Below are positions 38,885-51,400 of a stretch of DNA of 62,455 nucleotides, piece by piece. The translations under genes were made by a program, and so were the position numbers. Numbering within the stretch: the first letter of the stretch is position 1; the number at the start of each line of letters is the position of its first letter. Source of the DNA: Coriobacteriales bacterium (GTDB lineage Bacteria > Actinomycetota > Coriobacteriia > Coriobacteriales > QAMH01); the NCBI GenBank assembly GCA_051876105.1, contig JBJEHN010000097.1, positions 1 to 62,455 of the forward strand, in the 5' to 3' direction. The notes beneath the pieces are model-generated. The model had not been told where the DNA came from. It saw only the letters and a list, made by a program, of their open reading frames with translations, and searched no databases.

Positions 38885-39009
38885 TATAATCATCAGCTAT
38901 GCCATCCCGAGGCATAACTCTTGTCCTTGCGACTCGGTCTGTTCCCGAGCCGCTTCACAGGTAAGTCCCTCTCGGTTTGTTCCCGAGCAAGGGCAGAAAG
39001 GATCGCACC
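38885..39009 (+). promoter_or_regulatory. thrS promoter (TATAAT) and structured leader with two tRNA-Thr(UGU) anticodon-arm mimics
   Basis: TATAAT at 38885-38890; CTCGG-tcTGTtc-CCGAG at 38933-38949 and CTCGG-ttTGTtc-CCGAG at 38971-38987; SD AGAAAGGA just downstream. Confidence 0.7.
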
Positions 39010-40938
<1,929 letters not shown>

Positions 40939-40939
40939 C

Positions 40940-42205
40940 ATGACTCGTCCCATGAACATCGCGGAGAAGATTCTCGCAGCCCACGCGGGCCTCGACGAGG
41001 TCGTACCCGGCCAGCTCATCGAATGCGACCTGGACCTGGTTCTGTCTAATGACGTCACCGCGCCGATCGCCATCGACGAGTGCAAGAAGATCACCGACAG
41101 GGTCTGGGACGTCGACAAGGTCGTCATGGTCCCGGACCACTACACCCCCAACAAGGACATCAAGTCCGCCGAGCTCTCCAACCGCGTGCGCAAGTTCGTG
41201 CGTGAGCAGGGGATCAAGCACTACTGGGAGGTGGGCTGCGTGGGCGTCGAGCACGCGCTGCTCCCCGAGCAGGGCGTGTGCGTCCCCGGCGACCTGATCA
41301 TCGGCGCAGACAGCCACACCTGCACTTACGGCGCGCTGGGCTGCTTCTCCACCGGCGTGGGCTCCACGGATGCCGGCGTGGGCCTGGCAACCGGCCGCGC
41401 CTGGTTCAAGGTGCCCGAGAGCATCAAGTTCGTCATCGACGGCCAGCTCCAGCCCGGCGTTACCGGCAAGGACATCATCTTGCACATCATCGGCAAGATC
41501 GGCGTTGACGGCGCACTCTACAAGGCCATGGAGTTCACCGGCAGCGCCATCCGCAGCCTGAGCATGGAGGGCCGCCTCACCATCTCGAACATGGCCATCG
41601 AGGCTGGCGGCAAGGCCGGCATCATCGAGGTCGACGACATCACCCGCGCCTACATGGAGCCTCGCGCCGAGCGCCCCTGGGTGGAGTACCACTCCGACCC
41701 GGACGCCGAGTACGCCCAGGTGATCAGGATCGCAGCCGAGGACATCCAGCCCACTGTGGCCCTGCCCAGCCTGCCCTCCAACACCAAGCCTGCCGCCGAG
41801 TGCCGCAGCATCCAGATCGACCAGGTCGTGATCGGCTCGTGCACCAACGGCCGCATCGAGGACATGCGCCAGGCCGCCGCGGTGCTCAAGGGCCGCAAGG
41901 TCAACCCCAACGTGCGCTGCATCATCATCCCCGCAACCCAGCAGGTGGTGCGCCAGTGCATCCAGGAGGGCTTGAGCGAGATCTTCCTTGATGCAAACTG
42001 CGTCATCTCCGCGCCCACCTGCGGCCCCTGCCTGGGTGGCCACATGGGCTGCCTGGCCGCCGGCGAGCGCGCCATTGCAACCACCAACCGCAACTTCGTC
42101 GGGCGCATGGGCGACCCCACCTCCGAGGTTGTCTTGTCCAACCCGGCGGTTGCGGCCGCCTCTGCCGTCGCAGGCCACATCGCCTTGCCGGAAGACCTGG
42201 ACTAG
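40940..42205 (+). CDS. leuC: 3-isopropylmalate dehydratase large subunit (short type)
   Basis: [38 protein letters not shown]; adjacent to leuD and leuB. Confidence 0.92.
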   Translation: MTRPMNIAEKILAAHAGLDEVVPGQLIECDLDLVLSNDVTAPIAIDECKKITDRVWDVDKVVMVPDHYTPNKDIKSAELSNRVRKFVREQGIKHYWEVGCVGVEHALLPEQGVCVPGDLIIGADSHTCTYGALGCFSTGVGSTDAGVGLATGRAWFKVPESIKFVIDGQLQPGVTGKDIILHIIGKIGVDGALYKAMEFTGSAIRSLSMEGRLTISNMAIEAGGKAGIIEVDDITRAYMEPRAERPWVEYHSDPDAEYAQVIRIAAEDIQPTVALPSLPSNTKPAAECRSIQIDQVVIGSCTNGRIEDMRQAAAVLKGRKVNPNVRCIIIPATQQVVRQCIQEGLSEIFLDANCVISAPTCGPCLGGHMGCLAAGERAIATTNRNFVGRMGDPTSEVVLSNPAVAAASAVAGHIALPEDLD

Positions 42206-42217
42206 GAGGGGAGCAGC

Positions 42218-42712
42218 ATGAAGTTTGAAGGAAGCGCACACCGCTACGGCCGCGACATCGACACCGACGTCATCATCCCGGCCCGCCACCTGACCACCAC
42301 CGACCCGGCGGAGCTTGCCAAGCACTGCCTCGAGGACCTCGACCCGCAGTTCGTGGGCAAGGTCCAGCCGGGCGACATCCTGGTTGCCGAGGAGAACTTC
42401 GGCTGCGGCTCCTCGCGCGAGCACGCGCCCATCTCCATCAAGGCGGCCGGCGTGAGCGTGGTCATCGCCAAGAGCTTTGCCCGCATCTTCTACCGCAACA
42501 GCATCAACATCGGTTTGCCCATCATGGAGTGCCCCGCCGCCGTCGACGGCATCAAGCAGGGAGACCGCGTCTCCGTCGACGCAGACACCGGCGTCATCAC
42601 CAACGAGACCACGGGCGAGAGCTTCCAGGCCCAGCCCTTCCCGGAGTTCATCCAGGAGATCATCGAGTGCGGCGGCCTGATCGAGCGCACCAAGAGGAAG
42701 CTGGGGAAGTAG
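42218..42712 (+). CDS. leuD: 3-isopropylmalate dehydratase small subunit
   Basis: DIDTDVIIPAR, NFGCGSSREHAP, SFARIFYRN. Confidence 0.93.
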   Translation: MKFEGSAHRYGRDIDTDVIIPARHLTTTDPAELAKHCLEDLDPQFVGKVQPGDILVAEENFGCGSSREHAPISIKAAGVSVVIAKSFARIFYRNSINIGLPIMECPAAVDGIKQGDRVSVDADTGVITNETTGESFQAQPFPEFIQEIIECGGLIERTKRKLGK

Positions 42713-42714
42713 CC

Positions 42715-43824
42715 ATGAGCAAGCAGTACAAGATCTGCGTCCTGGAAGGCGACGGCATCGGCCCGGAGATCATGGCCGAGGGCATCAAGGTGCTCGACGC
42801 GGTGGGTGCCAAGCATGGTGTGGCGTTCTCGTACGAGAGGGCCCTCATCGGCGGCTGTGCCATCGACGTTGCCGGCGACCCCCTGCCCGAGGAGACCCTG
42901 CGCATCGCGCGTGCCAGCGACGCGGTGCTCCTGGCCGCCGTGGGCGGCCCCAAGTGGGACACCACGGACAGCTCGAAGCCCCGCCCCGAGCAAGGCCTCC
43001 TGCGCATCCGCAAGGAGCTCGGCCTCTACACCAACCTGCGCCCGGTCCAGATTTTCAGCGCCCTGGCCGGGGCCTCCACCCTGCGCCCCGAGGTCATCGA
43101 GGGCGTCGACATCGCCATCGTGCGCGAGCTCACCGGCGGCCTCTACTTCGGCGAGCGCCATCGCTACTACGACGAGCCCGGCGCCGGCTCGCAGGGCAGG
43201 CCCGGCCAGCGCGCCGTGGACACCCTCGAGTACCGCGAGTACGAGGTCGAGCGCATCGCGCGCCAGGCCTTCGAGGCTGCCAAGACCCGCCGCGGCCGCG
43301 TGCACAGCGTCGACAAGGCCAACGTGCTCGACACCTCCCGCATGTGGCGCGAGGTCGTGCACCGCGTGCACGACGAGGAGTACCCGGAGCTCGAGCTGAT
43401 CGACATGCTGGTCGACAACACTGCCATGCAGCTGGTGAACGACCCGCGCCAGTTCGACGTCGTGGTGACCGAGAACATGTTCGGCGACATCCTCTCGGAC
43501 GAGGCTGCCCAGATCACCGGCTCGCTCGGCATGCTCGCCAGCGCCTCCATGGGCGACGGCGTATCGCTCTTCGAGCCCAGCCACGGCTCCGCCCCCGACA
43601 TCGCGGGCAAGGGCATCGCCAACCCGCTGGCCCAGATCCTGTCCTGCGGCATGATGCTCCAGTACGCCTTTGGGCTGGCAGACGCCGCAGCAGACATCAC
43701 CCGCGCCATCACCGAGGTCCTCGACGAGGGCTGGCGCACCGGAGACATCAAGGATGCCTCCACCCCTGCAGACAAGATCGTCGGCACCGCGCGCATGGGC
43801 GAGCTCGTGGTGTCGCACCTGTAA
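42715..43824 (+). CDS. leuB: 3-isopropylmalate dehydrogenase
   Basis: GDGIGPEI, AVGGPKWD, RELTGGLYFG, VDKANVL, NMFGDILSDEA, EPSHGSAPDIAG. Confidence 0.97.
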   Translation: MSKQYKICVLEGDGIGPEIMAEGIKVLDAVGAKHGVAFSYERALIGGCAIDVAGDPLPEETLRIARASDAVLLAAVGGPKWDTTDSSKPRPEQGLLRIRKELGLYTNLRPVQIFSALAGASTLRPEVIEGVDIAIVRELTGGLYFGERHRYYDEPGAGSQGRPGQRAVDTLEYREYEVERIARQAFEAAKTRRGRVHSVDKANVLDTSRMWREVVHRVHDEEYPELELIDMLVDNTAMQLVNDPRQFDVVVTENMFGDILSDEAAQITGSLGMLASASMGDGVSLFEPSHGSAPDIAGKGIANPLAQILSCGMMLQYAFGLADAAADITRAITEVLDEGWRTGDIKDASTPADKIVGTARMGELVVSHL

Positions 43825-43844
43825 CCGCAAAGAGAGGTACCCCC

Positions 43845-44699
43845 GTGAAAGCCGTTATCCCCGCAGCAGGCCTGGGCTCGCGCTTCTTGCCGGCAACCAA
43901 GGCCCAGCCCAAGGAGATGCTCTCCATCGTCGACAAGCCTGCCATCCAGTACATCGTGGAGGAGGCGCTCGACGCCGGCGCAGACGAGGTGGTCGTGGTC
44001 AACAGCCATGACAAGAAGACCATCGAGGAGCAGTTCACCCCCAACCCGGGCCTTGTCGCCGCGCTGCGCGAGAAGGGCAAGGACGCGTACGCTGACGCCG
44101 TTGAGGCGGCCGGCAACCTGCCTGTGAGCTACGTCTACCAGGAGGAGCCGCTGGGCCTGGGCCACAGCGTGCTCCAAGCGGCCCCCAAGACCGGCAGCGA
44201 CATGTTCATGGTCATGCTGGGCGACGTCCTCGTGCCGGACAACACCATCTGCCCGGCTATGGCGACGCTTTCCGCCGCGCATTCCAATGCCAGCGTGATC
44301 GCAGTGGTGCCTGTCCCGGACGACCAGGTGAGCCGCTTCGGCATCGTGGGCTGCGTCGAGGAGCCCGACGGAGCGCTGCGCATCACCAAGATGGTCGAGA
44401 AGCCCTCCCTCGAGGAGGCTCCCAGCCACCTGGCGATCTTCGGCCGCTACCTGCTGAGCCCCAAGGTCATGGAGCTGCTGGAGACCACCGAGCCCGGCGC
44501 CGGCGGAGAGATTCAGCTCACCGACGCGCTGGTCGAGCTCCTCAAGACCGAGAACGTCTACGCCTACGTCATCGACCCCGCAGAGGGCTTTGACACCGGC
44601 ACGGTCGCCACCTGGCTCGAGGCCAACGTGGCGCTTGCCATGCGCGACCCCAAGCTGGCCGCCCATTTGAGGGAGACGGTCGGCGGGCTTTTCGCGTAG
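43845..44699 (+). CDS. galU: UTP--glucose-1-phosphate uridylyltransferase
   Basis: KAVIPAAGLGSRFLPATKAQPKEML, PLGLGH, LGD, VEKP, GRY, GEIQLTDA; GTG start after AGAGAGG. Confidence 0.93.
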   Translation: MKAVIPAAGLGSRFLPATKAQPKEMLSIVDKPAIQYIVEEALDAGADEVVVVNSHDKKTIEEQFTPNPGLVAALREKGKDAYADAVEAAGNLPVSYVYQEEPLGLGHSVLQAAPKTGSDMFMVMLGDVLVPDNTICPAMATLSAAHSNASVIAVVPVPDDQVSRFGIVGCVEEPDGALRITKMVEKPSLEEAPSHLAIFGRYLLSPKVMELLETTEPGAGGEIQLTDALVELLKTENVYAYVIDPAEGFDTGTVATWLEANVALAMRDPKLAAHLRETVGGLFA

Positions 44700-44719
44700 A
44701 ATGCCTATGCGTCGTCCAC

Positions 44720-44809
44720 GGACGGATGGCCGAGTGGTTTAAGGCAGCGGTCTTGAAAACCGCCGAGCGCGAGAGCGTTCCTAGGGTTCGAATCCCTATC
44801 CGTCCGCCA
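44720..44809 (+). tRNA. tRNA-Ser (anticodon TGA), CCA encoded
   Basis: Acceptor GGACGGA/TCCGTCC-G-CCA, D-arm GCCGAGTGGTTTAAGGC, anticodon arm GCGGT-CTTGAAA-ACCGC, long variable arm, T-arm GGTTCGAATCC. Confidence 0.97.
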
Positions 44810-44820
44810 TACAGGAATCA

Positions 44821-44852
44821 AAAGAGCCCGGACTCCCGGGCTCTTTCTTGTT
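44821..44852 (+). terminator. Intrinsic terminator after the tRNA
   Basis: AAAGAGCCCGG-actc-CCGGGCTCTTT-CTTGTT. Confidence 0.85.
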
Positions 44853-44933
44853 AGCAGCCCCTGCAGGGGGGATGAGAACCCCTATACTCCAGACCATGTG
44901 CAACATCGCGCGTTCGAAGAGAAGGGGAGTGCT

Positions 44934-45527
44934 GTGAAAGAGCTGGAAGAGCGCATCTTGCGCGACGGGGTTGTGAAGACGGAGGGCGTGCTCAAGGTCC
45001 CCACCTTCCTCAACCACCAGATGGACGTCGAGCTTATCGACGCCATGGGTGCCGAGTGGGCGCGCCGCTTCGAGGGCAAGACCATCAACAAGATCCTCAC
45101 CATAGAGGCAAGCGGCATCGGCATCGCCGCCCTCGCCGCACGGCACTTCGGCAACTGCCCGGTGGTCTTTGCCAAGAAGGCCAAGTCCATCAACCTCACG
45201 GGAGACCAGTACTGCACCAAGGTACAGTCGTTCACCCATGGCAAGGTCTTCGACGTCATCGTCGAGAAGGACCTGCTCGGCCCGGAGGACCACCTGCTCA
45301 TCATCGACGACTTCATGGCCATGGGCGCCGCCATGCACGGCCTGCTCGAGATCGTCGAGCAAGCAGGGGCGACGGTCGAGGGCATCGGCATCGCCATCGA
45401 GAAGGGCTTCCAGCCCGGCGGAGACAGCCTCCGCAGGCTCGGCTACCGGCTCGAGTCGCTCGCCATCGTCGACGAGCTCGACCCGGCAAACGGCACGGTG
45501 TACTTCCGCGAGCAGCCCCAAGCGTAA
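44934..45527 (+). CDS. xpt: Xanthine phosphoribosyltransferase
   Basis: [41 protein letters not shown] start after GGGGAG. Confidence 0.93.
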   Translation: MKELEERILRDGVVKTEGVLKVPTFLNHQMDVELIDAMGAEWARRFEGKTINKILTIEASGIGIAALAARHFGNCPVVFAKKAKSINLTGDQYCTKVQSFTHGKVFDVIVEKDLLGPEDHLLIIDDFMAMGAAMHGLLEIVEQAGATVEGIGIAIEKGFQPGGDSLRRLGYRLESLAIVDELDPANGTVYFREQPQA

Positions 45528-45543
45528 AGGAGAGGCAGAGGCG

Positions 45544-46899
45544 ATGACAGACGCGAGCCAGGAGCACAAGCTCACCAAGGACCTGCAGACCCTCGACGCC
45601 AAGATTCCCTTGGCAGCCGGCATCCCCTACGGCATCCAGCACATCCTGGCCATGTTCGTCGCCAACCTGGCTCCCATCGCCATCGTGGCGGCAGCCTCGG
45701 GCATCACGGATGCCACGGCGCTCATCCAGTCTGCCATGCTCATCGCAGGCATCGGCACGCTAATCCAGCTCTTCCCCGTCTGGCGCATCGGCTCGGGCCT
45801 GCCCATCGTCATGGGCGTGAGCTTCACCTTCGTCTCCGCGGCCTGCGTCATCGGCTCGACTATGGGCTACGGCTACGTGCTCGGCGCCGTCATCGTGGGC
45901 GGTTGCATGGAGGGCGTGCTCGGCCTGCTGGCCCGGTACTGGTGCCGTATCGTCACGCCCATCGTCGCAGCGAGCGTGGTCACGGCCATCGGCTTCTCGC
46001 TGCTGGGCGTGGGTGCCAGCTCCTTCGGCGGCGGCACCGGCGCAGAGGATTTCGGCGCTTGGTACAACCTGCTGCTCGGCACCGTCTCGCTCGTGGCCTG
46101 CCTGGCCTTCCAGGTCTTCGCCCCCAAGGGCATCCGCCAGCTTTCCGTGCTCTTCGGCCTGATCATCGGCTATGCGGTCGCCCTGCTCATGGGCAGGGTC
46201 GACTTCAGCGGCTTTGCGAACCTGGCGCCCCTCAGCCTGCCGGCGCTGGCCTTCCTCGACGAGGGTCTTGCACCGCAGTTCGCCGTCGGGCCCATCATCA
46301 CCGTCTGCATCATCTTCCTGGTCTCTGCCACAGAAACCATCGGCGACTCCAGCGCCCTGGCCATGGCGGGCCTCAAGCGCCAGATCAACGGCAAGGAGCT
46401 CTCCGGCTCCATCGCCTGCGACGGCTTCGTCTCTGCGCTGGGCGGCTGCCTGGGCTGCACCCCCATCACCTCGTTCAGCCAGAACGTGGGCCTCGTGGCC
46501 ATGACGGGCGTCGTCAACCGCCGCGCCATCGCCACCGGCGCGGGCATCCTGGTCATCGCAGCCTTCGTGCCGGCGGTGGCGGCCGTGTTCAACAGCCTGC
46601 CGGAGCCCGTTTTGGGCGGCTGCACCATCATGATGTTCGGCAACATCATCGTAAGCGGCTTCCAGATGATCGAGCGTGCAGGCTTCACCCACCGCAACAT
46701 GACCATCGCTGCCCTGAGCCTTGCGCTGGGCATCGGCTTCACTCAAGTGAGCGACATCTTCGTCAACACCCCGCAGCTCTTCCAGGACGTCTTCGCGGCC
46801 AACTGCGTGGCGGGCGTCTTTGTGGTGGCGGTCCTTGCCAACCTGCTCATCCCCAAGGACCCAAAGCCCGCCGAGGGCGAGGCCCCGGCAGGGGAGTAG
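45544..46899 (+). CDS. NCS2-family xanthine/uracil permease (PbuX-like)
   Basis: QHILAMF, LP.VMG.SF, ETIGD, NCS2 signature SFSQNVGLVAMTG, P.PVLGG; follows xpt. Confidence 0.9.
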   Translation: MTDASQEHKLTKDLQTLDAKIPLAAGIPYGIQHILAMFVANLAPIAIVAAASGITDATALIQSAMLIAGIGTLIQLFPVWRIGSGLPIVMGVSFTFVSAACVIGSTMGYGYVLGAVIVGGCMEGVLGLLARYWCRIVTPIVAASVVTAIGFSLLGVGASSFGGGTGAEDFGAWYNLLLGTVSLVACLAFQVFAPKGIRQLSVLFGLIIGYAVALLMGRVDFSGFANLAPLSLPALAFLDEGLAPQFAVGPIITVCIIFLVSATETIGDSSALAMAGLKRQINGKELSGSIACDGFVSALGGCLGCTPITSFSQNVGLVAMTGVVNRRAIATGAGILVIAAFVPAVAAVFNSLPEPVLGGCTIMMFGNIIVSGFQMIERAGFTHRNMTIAALSLALGIGFTQVSDIFVNTPQLFQDVFAANCVAGVFVVAVLANLLIPKDPKPAEGEAPAGE

Positions 46900-46937
46900 G
46901 CGGCCGCTCGGGCGGCTCAGGGAGCTTGTTTCCAGTA

Positions 46938-46983
46938 TTAACACAGCCGAAATAATTGCACGGCCGCATGTGCCTACTATATT
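46938..46983 (+). promoter_or_regulatory. gdhA promoter (TTGCAC/TATATT) with adjacent GlnR-like box
   Basis: TTAACacagccGAAAT at 46938-46953, 2 nt upstream of TTGCAC (46956); TATATT at 46978. Confidence 0.5.
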
Positions 46984-47039
46984 TTCAGCAGGTTTCGGTC
47001 CTGCCATTATCCGAGTGATTTCCCAGGGAGGGAAAGCTG

Positions 47040-48395
47040 ATGTCTTACGCAGAGCGAGTTATCGAGCAGATCAAGGCCCGCGATGGCGAGCAGGCGCTCT
47101 TCATCCAGGCTGTCACCGAGGTGCTGGAGACCCTCCAGCCCGTTCTGGACGCACACCCCGAGTACGAGGAGGCCAAGCTCCTCGAGCGCATCACCGAGCC
47201 CGAGCGCGTGATCATGTTCCGCGTTCCCTGGGTTGACGACGAGGGCAAGGCCCAGGTCAACCGCGGCTACCGCGTCGAGTTCAACTCCGCCATCGGCCCC
47301 TACAAGGGCGGCCTGCGCTTCAACCCCACCGTCAACCTGGGCATGCTCAAGTTCCTGGGCTTCGAGCAGATCCTGAAGAACTCCCTCACCACCCTGCCCA
47401 TGGGCGGCGGCAAGGGCGGCTCCGACTTCGACCCCAAGGGCAAGTCCAACAACGAGATCATGCGCTTCTGCCAGTCCTTCATGACCGAGCTCCAGCGCCA
47501 CATCGGCCCCGACACCGACGTCCCCGCCGGTGACCTGGGCGTCGGCGGTCGCGAGGTCGCCTACATGTTCGGCCAGTACAAGCGCATCCGCAACGAGTTC
47601 ACCGGCGTCCTCACCGGCAAGGGCCTGGCCTTCGGCGGCTCCCTGGCCCGCACCGAGGCAACCGGCTACGGCCTGGTCTACTTCGTGGCCGAGCACCTGC
47701 GCTGCCAGGGCGACTCCTTCGAGGGCAAGACCGTCGTGGTCCACGGCTCCGGCAACGTCGCTATCTACGCCGTCCAGAAGGCCGAGCAGCTGGGTGCCAA
47801 GGTCATCGCCGTCTCTGACACCAAGGGCTACGTCCAGGACGACGAGGGCATCTCCGTCGAGGCCCTCGAGGCCATCTACAACGCCAAGCGCTCTGGCAAC
47901 GACAAGGGCGTCTCCCTGGCCATGTACACCGACTACCGCCCCAACGCCAAGTACACTGCCGGCGACGGCCGCGGTGTCTGGCAGATCCCCTGCGACATCG
48001 CCCTGCCCTGCGCCCGTGAGAACACCCTGCTCCTCGAGGACGCAGAGGCCCTGGTCGCCAACGGCTGCAAGATCGTGGGCGAGGGCGCGAACATGCCCAC
48101 CACCCTCGAGGCAACCAAGTACCTGCAGGAGCACGGCGTGGTCTTCATGCCCGGCAAGGCTGCCAACGCCGGCGGCGTTGCCGTCTCCGGCCTGGAGATG
48201 AGCCAGAACGCCGGCCACATCTCCTGGTCCTTCGAGGAGGTCGACAACAAGCTCAATGACATCATGGTCAACATCTACCATGCTGCAGACGACGCTGCCA
48301 AGAAGTACGGCGTCGAGGGCGACTTCGTCGCTGGCGCCAACATCGCCGGCTTCGAGAAGGTCGCCGAGGCCATGATGGCCCAGGGCCTGGTCTAA
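47040..48395 (+). CDS. gdhA: NADP-specific glutamate dehydrogenase
   Basis: GPYKGGLRF, LPMGGGKGGSDFDP, DVPAGD.GVG.RE, R.EATGYG, G.GNVA, EGANMP, KAANAGGV. Confidence 0.97.
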   Translation: MSYAERVIEQIKARDGEQALFIQAVTEVLETLQPVLDAHPEYEEAKLLERITEPERVIMFRVPWVDDEGKAQVNRGYRVEFNSAIGPYKGGLRFNPTVNLGMLKFLGFEQILKNSLTTLPMGGGKGGSDFDPKGKSNNEIMRFCQSFMTELQRHIGPDTDVPAGDLGVGGREVAYMFGQYKRIRNEFTGVLTGKGLAFGGSLARTEATGYGLVYFVAEHLRCQGDSFEGKTVVVHGSGNVAIYAVQKAEQLGAKVIAVSDTKGYVQDDEGISVEALEAIYNAKRSGNDKGVSLAMYTDYRPNAKYTAGDGRGVWQIPCDIALPCARENTLLLEDAEALVANGCKIVGEGANMPTTLEATKYLQEHGVVFMPGKAANAGGVAVSGLEMSQNAGHISWSFEEVDNKLNDIMVNIYHAADDAAKKYGVEGDFVAGANIAGFEKVAEAMMAQGLV

Positions 48396-48425
48396 GCCAG
48401 CCCGCGCACAGCGCGCATCGCACAC

Positions 48426-48460
48426 AGAGCCCCGCAGCCTGCAAGCTGCGGGGCTCTTTT
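48426..48460. terminator. Terminator between convergent gdhA and the activase-like gene
   Basis: AGAGCCCCGCAGC-loop-GCTGCGGGGCTCT-TTT. Confidence 0.85.
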
Positions 48461-48463
48461 GCG

Positions 48464-51400
48464 CTACTCGTGCTTGGACTTGGCGTCCATGATGAGCATC
48501 TGCAGGCGGTTCTCGATGTTGGCGGGGGCGACGTCTGGGTCGTAGTCGAGCGGCAGGATCTGGGCGTCGGGGTAGAGCTCCTTGAGCTTCTTGGTGATGC
48601 CGCGCCCCACCACATGGTTGGGCAGGCAGCCGAAGGGCTGCAAGATGATGAACGAGCGGCAGCCCTGCGCGGCGTGGTGGAGGATCTCTGCGGGGATGAG
48701 TACGCCCTCGCCTGCGTCGAAGGTGTGGTGGATGATGGGGTCGCTCGCCTTGACGATGTCTTGCATGCGCGCGGCGGGCTTGTAGAGCGGGTGGGCGCAT
48801 GCGATCTTGTCCGCCGTGCTGTGGGCTAGGTTGAAGACGTTGTTCTCGATGCGGTAGAGCGCCTTGTAGGAGAGGGGCTTGTCGAGCTTGTACTCGCGCA
48901 CCTGGGCGTCCTTGTAGAAGTAGGTCTTGCGGATGACGTCGGTCATGCGGGCCTCGATGACCTCCATGCCGTTGTCCTCGAGGTACTTCTCGATGTCGTG
49001 GTTGGAGCCAGGGTGGAAGTTGAGAAGGTACTCTCCCACGATGAGCACGCGGGGGCGCAGGGTGCTGCGGTCGTACGCAACGCCGCGCATGAGCTCGATG
49101 GCTCTGGCAAAGCCCCTCTTCATCCCCGAGATGCCGCCCTCCTCCAGGCCGTCCATGGTCAGCTGCAAGCCCTCGTCGAAGGCCGCTTGGGCACTGCCGG
49201 GCTCCAGCTCATAGGGGCGGATCTTGCGCAGGAGCTCCTCGAGGGCGTCGATCATGGGCAGCCCGAAGGCGATGCGCATGGCCGTGGGGAGGCTCATGAT
49301 GAAGCCCGGGTGGACGTTGTGGGTGTCTGAGTCGTCGTTGGTGATGATGGGCACCTGCGGGTAACCGGCGTCGTCGAGGGCCTTGCGCAGCAGGGCGGTG
49401 TAGTGGGTCAGGCGGCAGTCGCCCACGTACTTGCCCATGGCGACTCCGACCTTGTCGGGGTCGTACTGGCCGCTCTCGAGGGCTGCCAGCGCCTCGCCGA
49501 TCACCACCTGGCAGGGGAAGCATATGTCGTTGTGGACGTACTTCTTGCCCAGGCGTATTGCTTCCTCGCGGCCCACGGGCAGGCTCACGGCGTTGATGCC
49601 CTGGGTCCTGAAGGCCGCCGCCATCAGCATGGAGAAGGCATGCGAGGTGTTGGGTATGAGGACTGTCTTCTCGTCTGCTCCGCCGGCGCGCATCTCCGGC
49701 GTGAACTTGGAGTGGTAGGGGTCTTGGAGCGCGCGCACGCTGGGCACACCGCCGTTGCGCCGGCGCGTGTTGACGGTCTCGATGAAGCTGCGCACGCGGA
49801 TGCGCAGCGGGCCGCTGATGTCGCTCTCGTCGAGCTTGAGCACCAGGGGCGTCTTGCCGCTCACCTCGTGCATGAGGCGCACGATCTCGTCTGAGAGGTA
49901 GGCGTCGTGCCCGCAGTTGAAGTTCACCACCTGCGCGTACTCGAGGAAGGGGCTCTTGGCGGCCTCGAGCGCGGTCGAGAGCATGCGGGCATGGTAGTTG
50001 TTGACGATCTCGAGCAGGCTCTTCGAGAGGTCCTCGGTGTGGATCTGGGGCAGGGAGTCCGCGGTCAGCACGGGGATGCCCAGCTCGTTGAAGAGCTTGG
50101 GCAGGTCGTGGTTGACGAGGTCGTCGTTTTGGTAGGGGCGGCTCGCCAAGACGACGGCGTAGCGCCCCTGCGCTTGGGCCTCCTCCATCACCTGCATGCC
50201 GCGGGTTTGCAGCTGCGTGCGGAACGAGAGCTGGGCGGCGTCTGCCATCTCGACGGCCTGCTCGGTGAGCGCGGGTGCGATGCCGAAGGTCTCTTTCATC
50301 CAGGCACAGAGCTGGCGCTTGCGGTCCTTGGCGGTGTACCAGTGCCACAGCGGCGCGTCGAACGGCACACCCCAGCGCCGCTCGGGGTTGTCCGAGTTGT
50401 TGATGACCATGGGGTAGCCCTTGACCACGGCGCACATGCTCTCGGCGCTCTTGGCCGTGCCCTCACTCTCCACCACGGTGATGATGGGCATGAAGATGCG
50501 GTCCACGCCGCTTTTGACCAAGCTGCGGATGTGCCCGTGCACGAGCTTTGCGGGGAAGCAGACCGTGTCGCTGGTGACGGCGTGCAGGCCGCTCTCGTAG
50601 ATGCGGCGCGTGCTGAAGGGGCTCAGCTTGACCTTGAAGCCCAGCGCGCGCCAGAAGGTCGTCCAGAAGGGGGCGGTGTCCCAGAACGAGAGCACGCGCG
50701 GGATGCCGATGGTGACGTCGCGCGAGGGGCACAGCGGCGTGCAGGGGTACTCCGCGAAGAGCAGCGCTTTTCGCTCCTCGAAGAGGTTGGAAACGCCGCT
50801 GGCTGCCTCTGCGGCGGCTTTGAGCTGCTCCCTTACCTCGCTGCTCGAAGGATTGCCGAGCGCCTCGCCACGCGCGCAGCGGTTGCCGGTGACGAAGCTC
50901 TCGCCGTTTGAGAAGCGTATGCAGCTGCGGTTGCAGCGGTTGGCGCAGAAGGGGCAGATGAGGTTGGCCTCCTGGGTGTAGCTCAGGCGCTCGAGCTCGT
51001 CCCATCCGATGAAGCTGCTCGCGGGGAGCTGGCCGTCTGCGCCGGCACGGCGCTCCATCTCGTCTTTCACCAGCAGGGCCACGCCGATGGCTCCCATGAG
51101 GCCGGGGGCCGGGGCGCGCATGACCTCGCGCCCCACGTACTCCTCGAAGGCGCGCAGCACGGCGTCGTTGCAGAAGGTGCCGCCCTGCACCATGATCTTG
51201 CTGCCCAAGCGGTCGAGGTTGCTCAGGCGGATGACCTTGGTGAAGACGTTCTCGACGATGGAGCGGCACAGGCCGGCCATGATGTCTGCCGGGGTCTTGC
51301 CCTGGCGCTGTTGGGTGACGATGCTGGAGTTCATGAACACGGTGCAGCGGCTGCCGAGCTTGGCCGGGTTGGTGCTGCGAAAGGCCTCCCGGGCGATGTG

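Noticed and set aside
38891..39009. T-box riboswitch before thrS
   Set aside because: Leader is only about 115 nt, with no GGTGGNACCGCG T-box sequence and no Stem I or specifier loop
44720..44860. Genomic island integrated at tRNA-Ser
   Set aside because: No integrase, no duplicated tRNA 3' end seen, and flanking genes are housekeeping with host-like composition
44853..44933. Purine riboswitch before xpt
   Set aside because: A TATACT -10 lies about 45 nt before the start, leaving no room; no aptamer consensus
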